Source: Barthelona sp. PCE (lineage: Eukaryota). Taken from it: 64,000 nucleotides of DNA. The DNA lies in contig JAUFOR010000001.1 in assembly GCA_040285745.1 (NCBI GenBank), positions 1,116,001 to 1,180,000 on the forward strand, given 5' to 3'. The position numbers and the translations under genes are program-made. Below the pieces are notes generated by a model that was not told where the DNA came from, made no database searches, and was given only the letters and a program-made list of their open reading frames with translations. Numbering within the stretch: the stretch's first letter is position 1; each line of letters starts with the position of its first letter. Positions 11,095 through 22,237 of this stretch are shown here, one piece after another.

Positions 11095-13212
11095 CTATTG
11101 ATTATGATAATCTGGCATGTGGTACTCAAAGATGGATGCTTCGGCCAGGAACGATGGAAGATGGAACGTTTCCACAGTGGGATTGATCGATTCTGGGTCT
11201 TCATCAACGTTATATGTTTTCAACACCATTGTCTTGGTCTCCTCCTCGTATGACATGTCTTGAATAACGTTGTTAGGCAGATTTGGATCGTGTTTTATCT
11301 TCATATCAGGAGAATATTGTAAATTGTCGTTTGTGAAAAAACGCGTTTTAATTGCACCATCTTCAACGTATACTTTAATGATACCATCCCTCACGTGTAT
11401 GTATGAATCTCCCACGAAATTAAGGAAACGATTACCTTCCTCAATTTTTTCATTCATATTATTCTGATAAAGGTGAACAGGCTCTAAGAAGCTTCCTGTT
11501 AACCAATCAAGACAGTGTAAATGTTGCGTTGTTGCAGCCCTACTGCGCGTATATACAACAAACAGCTGATGATCAGGTGTTTCAGCCAATGGACGAGGGT
11601 TAAAGTGAACATCACCTGTATATCCAGGTTCAAAAACAATGTGCTTTTGAATCTCCACGTCATACCCGTTGACATTAAGCTGAAAAAAATGGATTGCTTC
11701 ACTACATACAATGCACGCTGAATTATCAAAATGTGAACCATGAACACTTCGAACGTAAATATTCTGGGGAAGCTCTAAAATCATCTTTTCTCCCAAATAC
11801 ACCAAGCCTGTGTCATTGTCACGATAGTCAACATTTAATGGCAGCCCTTGAATAAAACCACAGTTTTCTGAACCATGATGAGGTAAAATGGTTATTACAG
11901 GCTTGGATTTTGATTCATTCAAGTGAATTTTGACACAAAACTCATCTTTTTCACTATGCTCCTTTGCCATTACAAAAAAATCATCTCCTTCATTTGGATG
12001 AACTGAAAAGATATGGCACCACATACGTGAATGCAGTTTCCTACGCCCACGCAGCACAATAAGCTTCCTTTCTTTAAAAAAAAAGTAATATCTTATCAAA
12101 GAGTCATCATACACTTCCGCTTTTCCATCAAAAAATATTTTCTTTGCTTTAAGTCTTTTCAAACGCACTACCTCATTATCAACTGCTCTGAATTTGATTG
12201 GGCCATAACGTTCTGTTATTTCATCAACACCATAAAAAACACAATCTTCATCATGAAAGTAATTATCGTTCAAGTCTATATGCTTCAAGTCATTGCAGAG
12301 TACATTCTTAAGATTCATTTCACCCCCTGCTATCCCCAATTCACCGTTTTCGATATGAACCACCACACATCTTGAACCAATAAGTAGCATTGACAAAACA
12401 TCTTGAGTGAGCGTTAATAATGCAATTTTTGAGTTTTTCTTAATATACAATCCTTTAAGCTGCGGAAACCTTTCTGTCAAGTTAACTTGGTTCCTCTGAC
12501 AGTCAAATATTATTAGTTCATCAATTTCTTGATAGCGAAACCTGACTGAGAATATGCAATCCGAGTTTAAGCACCTGAAGTGTTCTAAATGAACACCATG
12601 TAACTGCTCAATATCAGGTTCATGTGCCTCGTCCACGTCATCAACAGAAAAATTGTAATGCCATATGGTATCATCTCGGTAATTCCTCAACAAAATGTAG
12701 TTTGGAGTTCTCACCGAAATTGAGTAATATTCTCCAAGACATCTATATTCTTCGGTTAGCACATTTAATATGTAGGATTGTATCACTCTTCTATTATCAA
12801 CGGTTTCCCTAATGGCGAATAATAGGTGGTTTTCATCCATCGGAATTATTCTGCTTGATAGATTTTTGATCATCGGAAACGGAAATGGTATTCTCCTGCT
12901 TGTATGTTCATCGCTCATGATATCGTTAAACAATAAAATATCAAGATGAGTTAACATCTTACTGTCATCACGAAGCTGTTCGATGATCATGTACGATTCT
13001 CCAGCTTTTAATTTGGATGTGTATTGAAGAGGCTCATGCGTATCCTCCACATACCCAACAAAGTCCTTGTCTTCAATAGCGCTTTCAATGAGGCTGATAT
13101 CTTTGTTTTCTCTTGACTTAAGCAATATTAGGCCATCTTCCTCAAATATCAGCTTCCCCTCGGGATAAGTATTAATGATAAGGTCGTCCTCGAATTTACG
13201 AACCCTAGGCAT
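11095..13212 (-). CDS. Protein of unknown function (705 aa), paralog of 56201-58308
   Basis: Shared MPR(V/I)RKFEDDLII start, FNPRPL, and TYNVDEDPES...FH(L/V)PSFLAEASI end. Confidence 0.85.
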   Translation of the reverse strand: MPRVRKFEDDLIINTYPEGKLIFEEDGLILLKSRENKDISLIESAIEDKDFVGYVEDTHEPLQYTSKLKAGESYMIIEQLRDDSKMLTHLDILLFNDIMSDEHTSRRIPFPFPMIKNLSSRIIPMDENHLLFAIRETVDNRRVIQSYILNVLTEEYRCLGEYYSISVRTPNYILLRNYRDDTIWHYNFSVDDVDEAHEPDIEQLHGVHLEHFRCLNSDCIFSVRFRYQEIDELIIFDCQRNQVNLTERFPQLKGLYIKKNSKIALLTLTQDVLSMLLIGSRCVVVHIENGELGIAGGEMNLKNVLCNDLKHIDLNDNYFHDEDCVFYGVDEITERYGPIKFRAVDNEVVRLKRLKAKKIFFDGKAEVYDDSLIRYYFFFKERKLIVLRGRRKLHSRMWCHIFSVHPNEGDDFFVMAKEHSEKDEFCVKIHLNESKSKPVITILPHHGSENCGFIQGLPLNVDYRDNDTGLVYLGEKMILELPQNIYVRSVHGSHFDNSACIVCSEAIHFFQLNVNGYDVEIQKHIVFEPGYTGDVHFNPRPLAETPDHQLFVVYTRSRAATTQHLHCLDWLTGSFLEPVHLYQNNMNEKIEEGNRFLNFVGDSYIHVRDGIIKVYVEDGAIKTRFFTNDNLQYSPDMKIKHDPNLPNNVIQDMSYEEETKTMVLKTYNVDEDPESINPTVETFHLPSFLAEASIFEYHMPDYHNQ

Positions 13213-14119
13213 ATAGCTGTAATGAAGTGGGTGAATGTTGAGATAGTATATATATATTAAATATTAGTGCTTGTAAGTGGCATATAAAGATGATATAATA
13301 TATGTGAAGCGCGCATATGTGAAACAGAACTACATTTGCATTTCTATCCCCTCACAATTTCATTGATGTGGTTCGCAGGGCTTGTAGCGCGTGACAAGTA
13401 AGATGGTGGACGCGTACGGGCATTGGTTTGGTTGTGGGGCACGTTTTTGCTGTGTTGTGGGTGTTGCTGGCGGATAATATATTTGAGGGTTTTGCAGATG
13501 ATTTGGGTTTCTTTCAAACTTCTATAGCATGCATAATGATGTATCAGCTACCTTCTTGCCGTTGTACGCTTTAGCACCAATTGCAGTACAAGAATGTGGA
13601 TTAGAAGCGTTCATTTCAGAAGCACATTCTGATGTTGATTTTGCACCGCACTGCGGAACATTGTGTGTGTTTAAGTATCTGACGAGGTACAAGATCTCAC
13701 TTTACTTTTGCTGAACAGGGATTTTGAAAAGCAGGAATATGATTCTTGCTTTGTTCCTCCTAGAATATGAGCACTCAAAAGAAGAAGATTGAGCTTCAGA
13801 GTGGGATTCGAGGAAGATGAGCCTATTGTGGATGCAAGCACAGAGTACTTACACCCACAATAGTTTAAATAAATATAAAAAAATAATAGTATAAAAAGAG
13901 AACTGGTTTCTCTTTTCCCTCCCAGAATACAGCCGGGGGGCATCCAAGCAACCAACTGCCTCACTGGCAATCCACACTTCAGTGTAGACGAGATAAAAAA
14001 GAAGTGCCCAAAAAGCTCCACTGTCATGGGCTCCAGCCTTACATACACGCAAACACACAATTTTATACACGTTTTATGGACTAAAAAGCTTCACAAGATG
14101 CCGTTGGTGCAAAAATTTA

Positions 14120-14201
14120 TCTCCGGAGCCAGAATTGAACTAGCGACCTCAGGATTACCAAACTTTACAGTCCCGCGCTCTTCCAACTGAGCTATCCGGA
14201 G
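14120..14201 (-). tRNA. tRNA-Tyr(GTA) with a 9-nt intron at 37/38 (14156-14164)
   Basis: CTCCGGA/TCCGGAG acceptor stem, GCTC/GAGC D stem, CGGGA-CTGTAA[AGTTTGGTA]A-TCCTG anticodon arm, GCTAG-TTCAATT-CTGGC T arm, downstream T-run. Confidence 0.96.
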
Positions 14202-14954
14202 CAAACCTCCATTTTGAGTATTTTGGTTTTTTTGACGGAAATATTGCAACAAAAATATTAAGTATCAAATTGGTTATTCACAATTACGGTTGGTTTTCTC
14301 CTCCATCTCACGTAATTAGGGGTTAAGTATACCGAAAATAGTGTTGTAATCAAACGGTAGAGACCCGCCATCGATTAAAAATTACTAATTAGTTTTAATA
14401 TTTTTGAGAAATTTAATAATTGTTCTTTGTTTAAAATAAACTTGATTTGGGCCATACCACTAATGTACATTCATACAATACACAAATAGATTGTGAGATA
14501 ATTTGGAGGAATAGAGCGTACGTGTGTATTTTAATTTTTCACGTTTAATGGTTGCATGATTAGTGTATTTGAACCATTTAGGGATTAGAATGGTACTAGT
14601 TTTTCAAATGTCTACGGGTGTAAACGAGCACCGCACGCACGTAAATCTTTTACAGAAAACTTACTGCTAAGAACGTATTTTTATATTTTTACACACCTTT
14701 ATCGGGTATCATGTCCCGGGTTACACACCAAATGCGTGCGAAATGACACTTTTACTGTCATGGGGCATAGAACATTTCTGCATGCGTGGTTATGTATTTC
14801 AAGCTATTCTGTTGTTCGGGGGCCGCCGATGTGCACGTTTTACACAAAATAGCAGAGGAAAGATGCGTTAGTCATAACAGGTAAGAACCCTGTTTTCAGT
14901 TTTTTCATCTTCTTTCCCTTAGTTTTTTATATATTCTTCTTTGGAAAAGCTCTT

Positions 14955-17900
14955 ATGCAACAACGTGAAACAGTTCCCAGGTATCTTAACGGGGAACAAG
15001 GTATTTAAATTTTCATACCCTTTTTTTTTTAACTAACACTCAGTAGATTTCGAGCGTTTTGATCTCAAGCAGTGCATAGAGGACCGGAGATACGCCGACA
15101 TAACAAAGTTCTTACGCACACCCGCTCATGGTATTCGTAAATTGTCAGAGTACCTCATATCTGAAAACAAGGACATTAGCTTAACGTTTGATGGCACTTC
15201 TAAAGGCTTTAATCATTACGTAGGTGCTACAATTATGGTCAAAAAGTCTTTATTGGTTGCTTTTAATCAGAGATATCCTGATTTTTCAATTGCGGATTGG
15301 CGGCCAAGGGAAAACGCCGATGAGGATACAGTTTTTTCATATCCTATCTGGTTTTTCCCAATAGAAACTACCTCTGCTGACCACTTATGGGTTGCTTTTC
15401 GTTTTATGCTTGATTTTTTTCATTTTAACAAAGTTAATGCCAAGATTACTGTCTCTTTGGACGGTTGTCCTGCAAACATTTTGTTTTTAACCCAAATGAA
15501 CAGCTTTAAAGATGGATTTATCGAGAATATTAAGCTCATCTGTCGTCGTTACAGTTTAGTTTTTCCTTTGTTATTCGAAGGTAAAGAAGTCCCCGATATC
15601 ATGACAGAACCGCTTAAAGCGAACGTTTATCCACATGCGTGTATCAGTCATGCGTTTTTGAATTCAGGTATTTTTTGTTCACAGAGTGATCTGAGTTCTT
15701 TAACATCTACGCAGTTGATTGAGCGTTTAGACAAACAGATAGACCTCAGAACACTATTTGCTTCCTTATCCGGGTTAAGTGATGCCAAACAATCATTGAT
15801 GCATGTTGTTGTCAGTCTTCTTTCATGGACAGTCGATTTAATTGGCAAACTTAAGGTAAATGAACTGGATCATTTCGTCAGCAGAAACGTCGAGGTAAAG
15901 GAAGATAGTATTAAAGATAATCTTCTCAATGAAACTGTCTTTCTCACACTGTTTAAGGATGTTAGTTATGCCGATATCACCTCGAATGATCACTTTAATA
16001 AGGCTTTTCTCACCACTGTGATACGTTTACATTCAATCCAGTCCATTCTTTTGTTTCTTTTTGACAAGAGTTTATTTTATCGTTTATTAAGAGATATTTT
16101 TTCATTCATATCAATACATCACGAGTTTACCGGTGCTGATCTATTTGATTTGATGAAGCCTTCAGGCGAAATTTCTAAGGATTTTAATCCAAGAGCAGCT
16201 GATATGAATTCTCCTTTGACTCAGGAAATCCTAGCTCGTTTTCAATCATTTGAGGAGCTACTAATTACTCGTTTCCGGAGTCTCAAGCCTTCCAAAGCTT
16301 TAGATACAATGACTGATGTGCTAAAGAAAGGTTTTGCATCCAAGATAGTTTTTGGTGGTAGCACAGAAGTCAAGAGTTCACAAACGCAAAACATTGTCCA
16401 CTTTAAGTATCTAGCTAACTGTGGTAGGTTTATTGAAGAGATGTCATTAAGTGGAGAACAATATGCATTCTTGAATTTAATCTCCCAGTTCTTCCATTCT
16501 TTGCTTACTTTTCATTATAATGTCATCAAGGACAGTACAGATCGTAATACTGCATTCACACAGTTGAGTGAACTTTTTGATAAGAACTATGAACCACTTT
16601 GCGTTGATGGAAATGGACAGGGCTTTATTTTTGAGGCCAGAATCAGGAACAGGATTGTTAAATCTAGTATTTCATGTTCAGTGACTGATCCAGTCATTAA
16701 GACTGCAATGGGTTGGTTTTCAGATCTTCTCAAGTTGTTTCGTTTTTCTGTTGTTGATTGCTTGCTTAGGTACGATACAAAATGGAAGGATGTTCCCAGA
16801 CATGTTGCATTTCGTGCTTTAGACAAAGCTCAAGAGTTCTTTGATAGTACCAATCTTATTCGTATTCTCCCTGCTCTTTCTGATATCTTCCCTACTTCAA
16901 AGGATCTCATTGCATCTGGTTATCCCGTTGACCGCTTCTTTGGTATAAGTACTCATTGTTTGACAGAAGATGTTTTGTTTAAGCTGCATTATTCTCATAT
17001 TCCTTTTCTAGCTTTTAAAGTTGGTAGAGCCACGATATTTCTCACAAATTACGACATCAATGATGATGTTATGATCACTTCCGATCCTCAAGAGACTGTC
17101 TTTAGCTTTATTAATGGCAATTTTCTTCTTAGTACAACTCGTTTTGAAGCTTCTGTCTTAGAAGTTGACGATTACGCTAAAGTGCATTTGAGAAAGGCGA
17201 TGATTAACAGTATGCTTTCAGTTTTTAAAAAACAAGGTTTGATGTGTAATTTTGATCGAGTTCTAGCATCCAGAAAAAGATTACGCGACAATGGGGTTTT
17301 CAAAGTTCTTAGTAAGACTTTAAACTCTGTTTCCATATGTCATGATATGCATATTTTACAGTTGAATGGCTCTTTTTTGTTGGATGACACTGAGTATACG
17401 GTTTTCAATGTTGCTGTTGATAATGCTAGATCTGAGGTTGTTTCTACCGTTTTTAATGATGAGGGTGATGTTGCTGTTGACGTTTGTCGTCTAAACGTTA
17501 TTGGTGCCAGTAAGGAATTTATGTTTAAGGTTGGTCCTGGCTGCGAGATTACTCTCCCCTTTTTAGGTTCTCATTTATTATCATCTCCAATTGAATTCAA
17601 GTTGAAATTCACAAGAAAGAAGATGTATCGTGTGCACGGAACTCTAGCCAATCTTGATATTTGTTTTGTAGCAGTAGATAATGTTCTCCACACACTGCTG
17701 AAGCTTTACTCAGTATCCAAACCATATTTAGGCCAGATCAGTTACTCCATCAACTATGAAACCGTCGTTGTTCCTTCAATAGCAGCTAACATAATGAAGA
17801 TTCTTGGTAAGAATATTAATTTGCACCTGGCCTTTCACTTAACAGATCTTATCTCTTCAAGAATGTCCTCTGGTAAGATTTACTCCTTTGAATGTTTTAC

Positions 17901-18819
17901 ACGTAAATGGAATGAAATCATGAAACTGAAGCAAGCTAAGGACAATTTCGATGCTTCGGGTGATGGATTGTTTAAGAAGAAGACAGAGCAGTGGAACAAA
18001 CTTGTTCGAAAGGGTGAAAGAGTTAACATCACGTCTGTTTCTTTTGAAAACCTGATTCAGTTGCACAAACCTCTTGCCGAAACTTTTGCTTTTGATACTG
18101 ATGTCTACAGGAACGTCGATAGTAGCTATACCGATGATTTGTTGCTCAATCGTTTTGTTGCTATGGCTTTGGATTTTCTTCAGGTTAAACATCCAGATGC
18201 GTCAGATGATGCCTTTCCCAGCCACATTCACAAGTGCTGGACTAACCTCAACTGTGGAAATCGTTCACTAAGTGATATCCAACAACGTGTTGCATGGCTA
18301 CTTCAACATGATTCCGATTTTCAGCCGGATGCTGCAGCTGTTATGGCCTGTCGTGGGTTACGATTCGATCCGCTCAGGCACCAAGAATTTATTGATCTTA
18401 TGAAGGCCGATCCCATTTTTCCTATTGCATTGGACTCTGCAGAAGTTTCCAGATTGATTAATCGTCCACAGACACTAGGAATTAAGGATTTCTCTCGTAT
18501 GGCACCTCAAGTTGTTATTGCGCATAGTATTATGCAGTACACGTGCAAAGAAACATCGAAGCTAACGCGATTGAGAGATATTGCATATTATTTCAAGCTA
18601 ACTGCCATTGGTTATGAATTCTTTACAATCGACAATGTGACCGTTCCCGGTATGTTGACCAAAACTGGAATCGTAGACAACGCAATCAGAACAATGCTTG
18701 ATTTTGGAGGATTTACTTTTTCCCTTAAGCAGTACATCGTTTTGTGCACAAATGGAATCCCCGTTAAACGCACTATAGGGGAACGCAGCGGTTTTAAGAG
18801 TCAGAGAACCGATAGTTGA
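14955..18819 (+). CDS. DDE transposase of the hAT/P/MuDR/Kolobok/Dada clan, ~1270 aa; exons 14955-15000 and 15044-18819
   Basis: ISLTFDGTS (D, 15190), ITVSLDGCPAN (D, 15460), HACISHAF (CxxH, 15640-15651), TSDPQETVFS (E, 17092). A phase-1 intron joins MQQRETVPRYLNGEQ in frame. Confidence 0.78.
15001..15043 (+). other. Spliceosomal intron (43 nt) in the transposase gene; alternative in-frame acceptor at 15046
   Basis: GTATTT...T-run...ACTAACACTCAG; removes the in-frame TAA at 15034. Confidence 0.85.
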
Positions 18820-18891
18820 TTAACAAACAATAATAAAACCTATTTTATTTTAGCTATGTGGTAAGAGTAGTGAATACACATTATTGCAGAA

Positions 18892-19476
18892 TCATTTACT
18901 TTGGGTAACCATAAACGTAGGCACCATCATACCAGAAGTAGACGACGCCCCGTAACCATCAATAGTAGGATAGAAATTGCAACATGTTCCACAAATCATA
19001 GGATGTGGATACTCAGGGTTATGACCATGGCAATCTTTAAAACATGATCTCAATGGTTTGCTCTTATCAAACAAATACAGTAAATTCCCTGTACGGATAG
19101 CAATAAGAGCACTTCTAGTCTTGATGGTGAGAACACGAACATCATCTTCATTCTTAGAAGAGGTTGTTGTGACAAAAAATTGTCCTCCAGTACTAGGACA
19201 AACAGAATTCGTCTCAACATCACAGTGAACAATACCGCTGTTGATGCAGAACTTCTCCAAACCAGTTAACATAAGTAACAAAAACCCAATGTACTTGTGA
19301 CGATCGACATCATCACCAGTACAATCAAACGCAGAACTGTAATGTCCACATGGCTTCATAAAAAGCTCATGGAAACTGTTCTTTTTGTACTTAGCCTTGT
19401 CAGGAGCCAGAAGACGCATGACAGCAATTGTCTGACATAAATATTCAAACGTGTAACTGCCAGAGAGTGTACGCAT
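18892..19476 (-). CDS. Element cargo ORF, paralogous to the C-terminal half of 20849-22237; may be the 3' part of the 19490-20440 gene
   Basis: FEYLCQTIAVMRLLAP, SFHELFMK and RSALIAIRTGNLLYLFDK match the paralog. Confidence 0.75.
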   Translation of the reverse strand: MRTLSGSYTFEYLCQTIAVMRLLAPDKAKYKKNSFHELFMKPCGHYSSAFDCTGDDVDRHKYIGFLLLMLTGLEKFCINSGIVHCDVETNSVCPSTGGQFFVTTTSSKNEDDVRVLTIKTRSALIAIRTGNLLYLFDKSKPLRSCFKDCHGHNPEYPHPMICGTCCNFYPTIDGYGASSTSGMMVPTFMVTQSK

Positions 19477-19489
19477 GTTGACATGGTCT

Positions 19490-20440
19490 TCAAGTTACAT
19501 CACTACATGGAAAAATTCGTGATATCAATGCTTCCAAATCCTGTTCGGTACAGAAAGGAGTTTGTCGTTGCTCAAACTCGACAGTGTTGCGAAAACGCAA
19601 TGTATCTCCAAAATTAAGGTTGTCACAACTAATGTACTGATTCATACCAATATTATTTTTAGCAGAATCACCCAATAAATATATGGGGTTCAAACAAGAG
19701 CCGTCAACGAATCTACTCAAGTTAACAGCAATACTAGCAATCAAACTAGCAGAATCTGCACCACGGTGATGCATAATGCCAACCAAGATTACACCATTAA
19801 TATCTTCTTTATCTACACCTTCCGTGTTTTTAATACCCTGAAAAGACATAACATTAATAAGCATTTCCCACAAGATTCTAACTCTAGAACATTCTGGAGA
19901 CTCAGTTTCAGTTTCATCAAGATCTTCTGTTTTTGGGTCATTCGTCATTTTCATAGCATCGAGCATTTCGTTCAAAGAGACAAATGATAACCCTAAAAGA
20001 GAGAAAGGAACAACTTTAGCGTACGTACTGCCATCATGTTTGAACATACTAAAACCTAAATACTTGTTCATGTAATAAACACACTCCTTAACAAATTCAT
20101 TAAATTCCCACAAACGCTTCCTGCGGCTCCGCTCAGCTTCATCAATTTCAGGTTCTTCATCAACCTCAACAATTTCAGGTTCTTCATCAACCTCAACAAT
20201 TTCAGGTTCTTCATTAGGATCACTTTCACTGGACTCTTCATCAAATGTTTCCCAATCACTATCACTAGGTTCTTGACCGGGTTCTTCTTCATTGGTGTCC
20301 TCATCAAATGGTTGTTTCTCCTTAAAATCATTTGACGACTCTCCAACACGTTGGCATTTTTTATCGTGTATATCTTCATCATATTCAAATTCCGATGAAG
20401 AACGAGAGGTACCAGATATCATAACGTCGACTGGATGCAC
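19490..20440 (-). CDS. Element cargo ORF with an acidic N-terminus, unknown function
   Basis: 316-codon ORF with EEPEIVEVD repeats; ends 13 nt before the next ORF, in a different frame. Confidence 0.7.
   Translation of the reverse strand: MHPVDVMISGTSRSSSEFEYDEDIHDKKCQRVGESSNDFKEKQPFDEDTNEEEPGQEPSDSDWETFDEESSESDPNEEPEIVEVDEEPEIVEVDEEPEIDEAERSRRKRLWEFNEFVKECVYYMNKYLGFSMFKHDGSTYAKVVPFSLLGLSFVSLNEMLDAMKMTNDPKTEDLDETETESPECSRVRILWEMLINVMSFQGIKNTEGVDKEDINGVILVGIMHHRGADSASLIASIAVNLSRFVDGSCLNPIYLLGDSAKNNIGMNQYISCDNLNFGDTLRFRNTVEFEQRQTPFCTEQDLEALISRIFPCSDVT
20143..20214 (-). repeat. 27-bp coding tandem repeat (EEPEIVEVD, ~2.7 copies)
   Basis: caatttcaggttcttcat at 20143, 20170 and 20197. Confidence 0.9.
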
Positions 20441-20848
20441 TTTTACGCAATAAAACTAAATGTAAACCCAGAATTTAGATGAAAACTCTATAACAATTAA
20501 CGTACAAATACTTTTATGCTTTATAGCTTGGAAAACAAACGACTGTTCAATACTTCAAGCTAAAATTACAATAAAACAAACTTATTACAAATAGAATTTT
20601 TATTACAACATAATCGTTATTATATGAATGAAAACAGAGCTGTTATATCAAGAACAGCACCAAAAACAATAAGATTTCACGTTACTCATGAAGAGAAGGT
20701 GGACCTTTTTTTTATTATGCCAATTTCGCATATTTAGAAGAATTTGCTTGTTCTCAGTGAATTAAAACTACACGAACCATCGCCCACACACAACAAAAAT
20801 TGAATCAACGAATAGTTAAGATATGTACAAACCAATATTGTGAAAAAT

Positions 20849-22237
20849 TTACTTGGTCATAGAAATACTGAAATACGGCAACATCACAGCACCAGACCTC
20901 GCCATCTTGTACTTCTCAATGTCTCTGGGATTGGGAAAAAACACAGTGCCGGAGACAGAACAAGCAGGAAACAAAACCGGTGGGGGATGGCAGCAACACT
21001 TTGGAATGATACAATCTGTATTTCTAGGGATCTTATCGAAGAGATACATGAGGTTACCGGTGGACAGGGTGAGCAAAGCACTACGGAGATGAATTCTGGA
21101 TTCCGAAGTATGAAGTACTTCATCCTCGTCCTCATCATCTCTCGACTCGGTGACAATTATGAAACTGTCACTTGTCCCGATGCAAGGCGTAGTATCTTCA
21201 TCATCCAGGTTATAATGAACATCAACAGGATGAAGAACCAAGTACCGAATAGTGTTCAGAGCCAGATACAAATATCCAGCGTGCATGCGTTCATCGACGC
21301 TGTGAGGGGTCACATCTTCGTCAGGATTGTAATGAGATGGCATCTTGTGAAACAATTCGAAAAAACTGGAAGTTGGCATTCGAGTTTTTGGGGGTGACAG
21401 GATACGCAAAACAGATAAGGTCTGGAAAAGATAAGCAAAGTCAAATTCCAACCTATGATCGACTAACTTCAAATACATATCGAACGAACCCTTAACAACA
21501 GGAATTACAAAGTCTTTCCCGTTATGATTTATGTTAACATGCAGGTACTTATCGACTCCGGTACCGCACCGAATGCTAAACTTATAGTTAGACGATTTCC
21601 CATTTGCAATTTTAATGTTAAAGCCAGTATAATCAGGTGCTGTAACAGGCTTGGTAACCGTAAACTTTGAATCATCGTTAAAGAACCTATAGATGATACT
21701 AGTGATCATTGGGAGCGAAAGGTCCTGGAACGATTTGTCCTTCCTGAAATGATCGATACAAACCAAGGCGGGATGAACATAATCTCGTTCAAACACGAAC
21801 TGGTCATGATAACGGGCAAACTCGGCATAATACATAACGTTTCTACCCATGGTTGGATCAGAAACGAATGTATTAAACATGTTACGCAGATCGGAAATGG
21901 AATCACCAGACAACAAACACACAAGGCCGTTGGTAAAACGATACGGATCATAATAACCGATACGAACATGCACCCCTTGCTCATCAAGATCATAATCATA
22001 ACGAGCAGAGGCCAATAGATCAGGAGCAACATCATCAATAGGACCATCAACAACATCACGGCCACCGGTGGGACCATATACAACAGTAGATACATTCTGC
22101 TGTTTGGAAGAAGGACCTTCAGACGTTGCAACATCAACAGCTTTGCGTTTGCGACGAGCAATTGCACCGTTAGTAGACTCTTCTTCAGATCTGTTTGCTT
22201 TGTCATGTGGCTTCAAGTCAAACCTATCTTTTGTCAT
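20849..22237 (-). CDS. Element cargo protein (462 aa), unknown function; basic NLS-like RRKRK and Cys/His-rich C-terminus
   Basis: Long ATG-initiated ORF with an internal paralog in the same element. Confidence 0.82.
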   Translation of the reverse strand: MTKDRFDLKPHDKANRSEEESTNGAIARRKRKAVDVATSEGPSSKQQNVSTVVYGPTGGRDVVDGPIDDVAPDLLASARYDYDLDEQGVHVRIGYYDPYRFTNGLVCLLSGDSISDLRNMFNTFVSDPTMGRNVMYYAEFARYHDQFVFERDYVHPALVCIDHFRKDKSFQDLSLPMITSIIYRFFNDDSKFTVTKPVTAPDYTGFNIKIANGKSSNYKFSIRCGTGVDKYLHVNINHNGKDFVIPVVKGSFDMYLKLVDHRLEFDFAYLFQTLSVLRILSPPKTRMPTSSFFELFHKMPSHYNPDEDVTPHSVDERMHAGYLYLALNTIRYLVLHPVDVHYNLDDEDTTPCIGTSDSFIIVTESRDDEDEDEVLHTSESRIHLRSALLTLSTGNLMYLFDKIPRNTDCIIPKCCCHPPPVLFPACSVSGTVFFPNPRDIEKYKMARSGAVMLPYFSISMTK

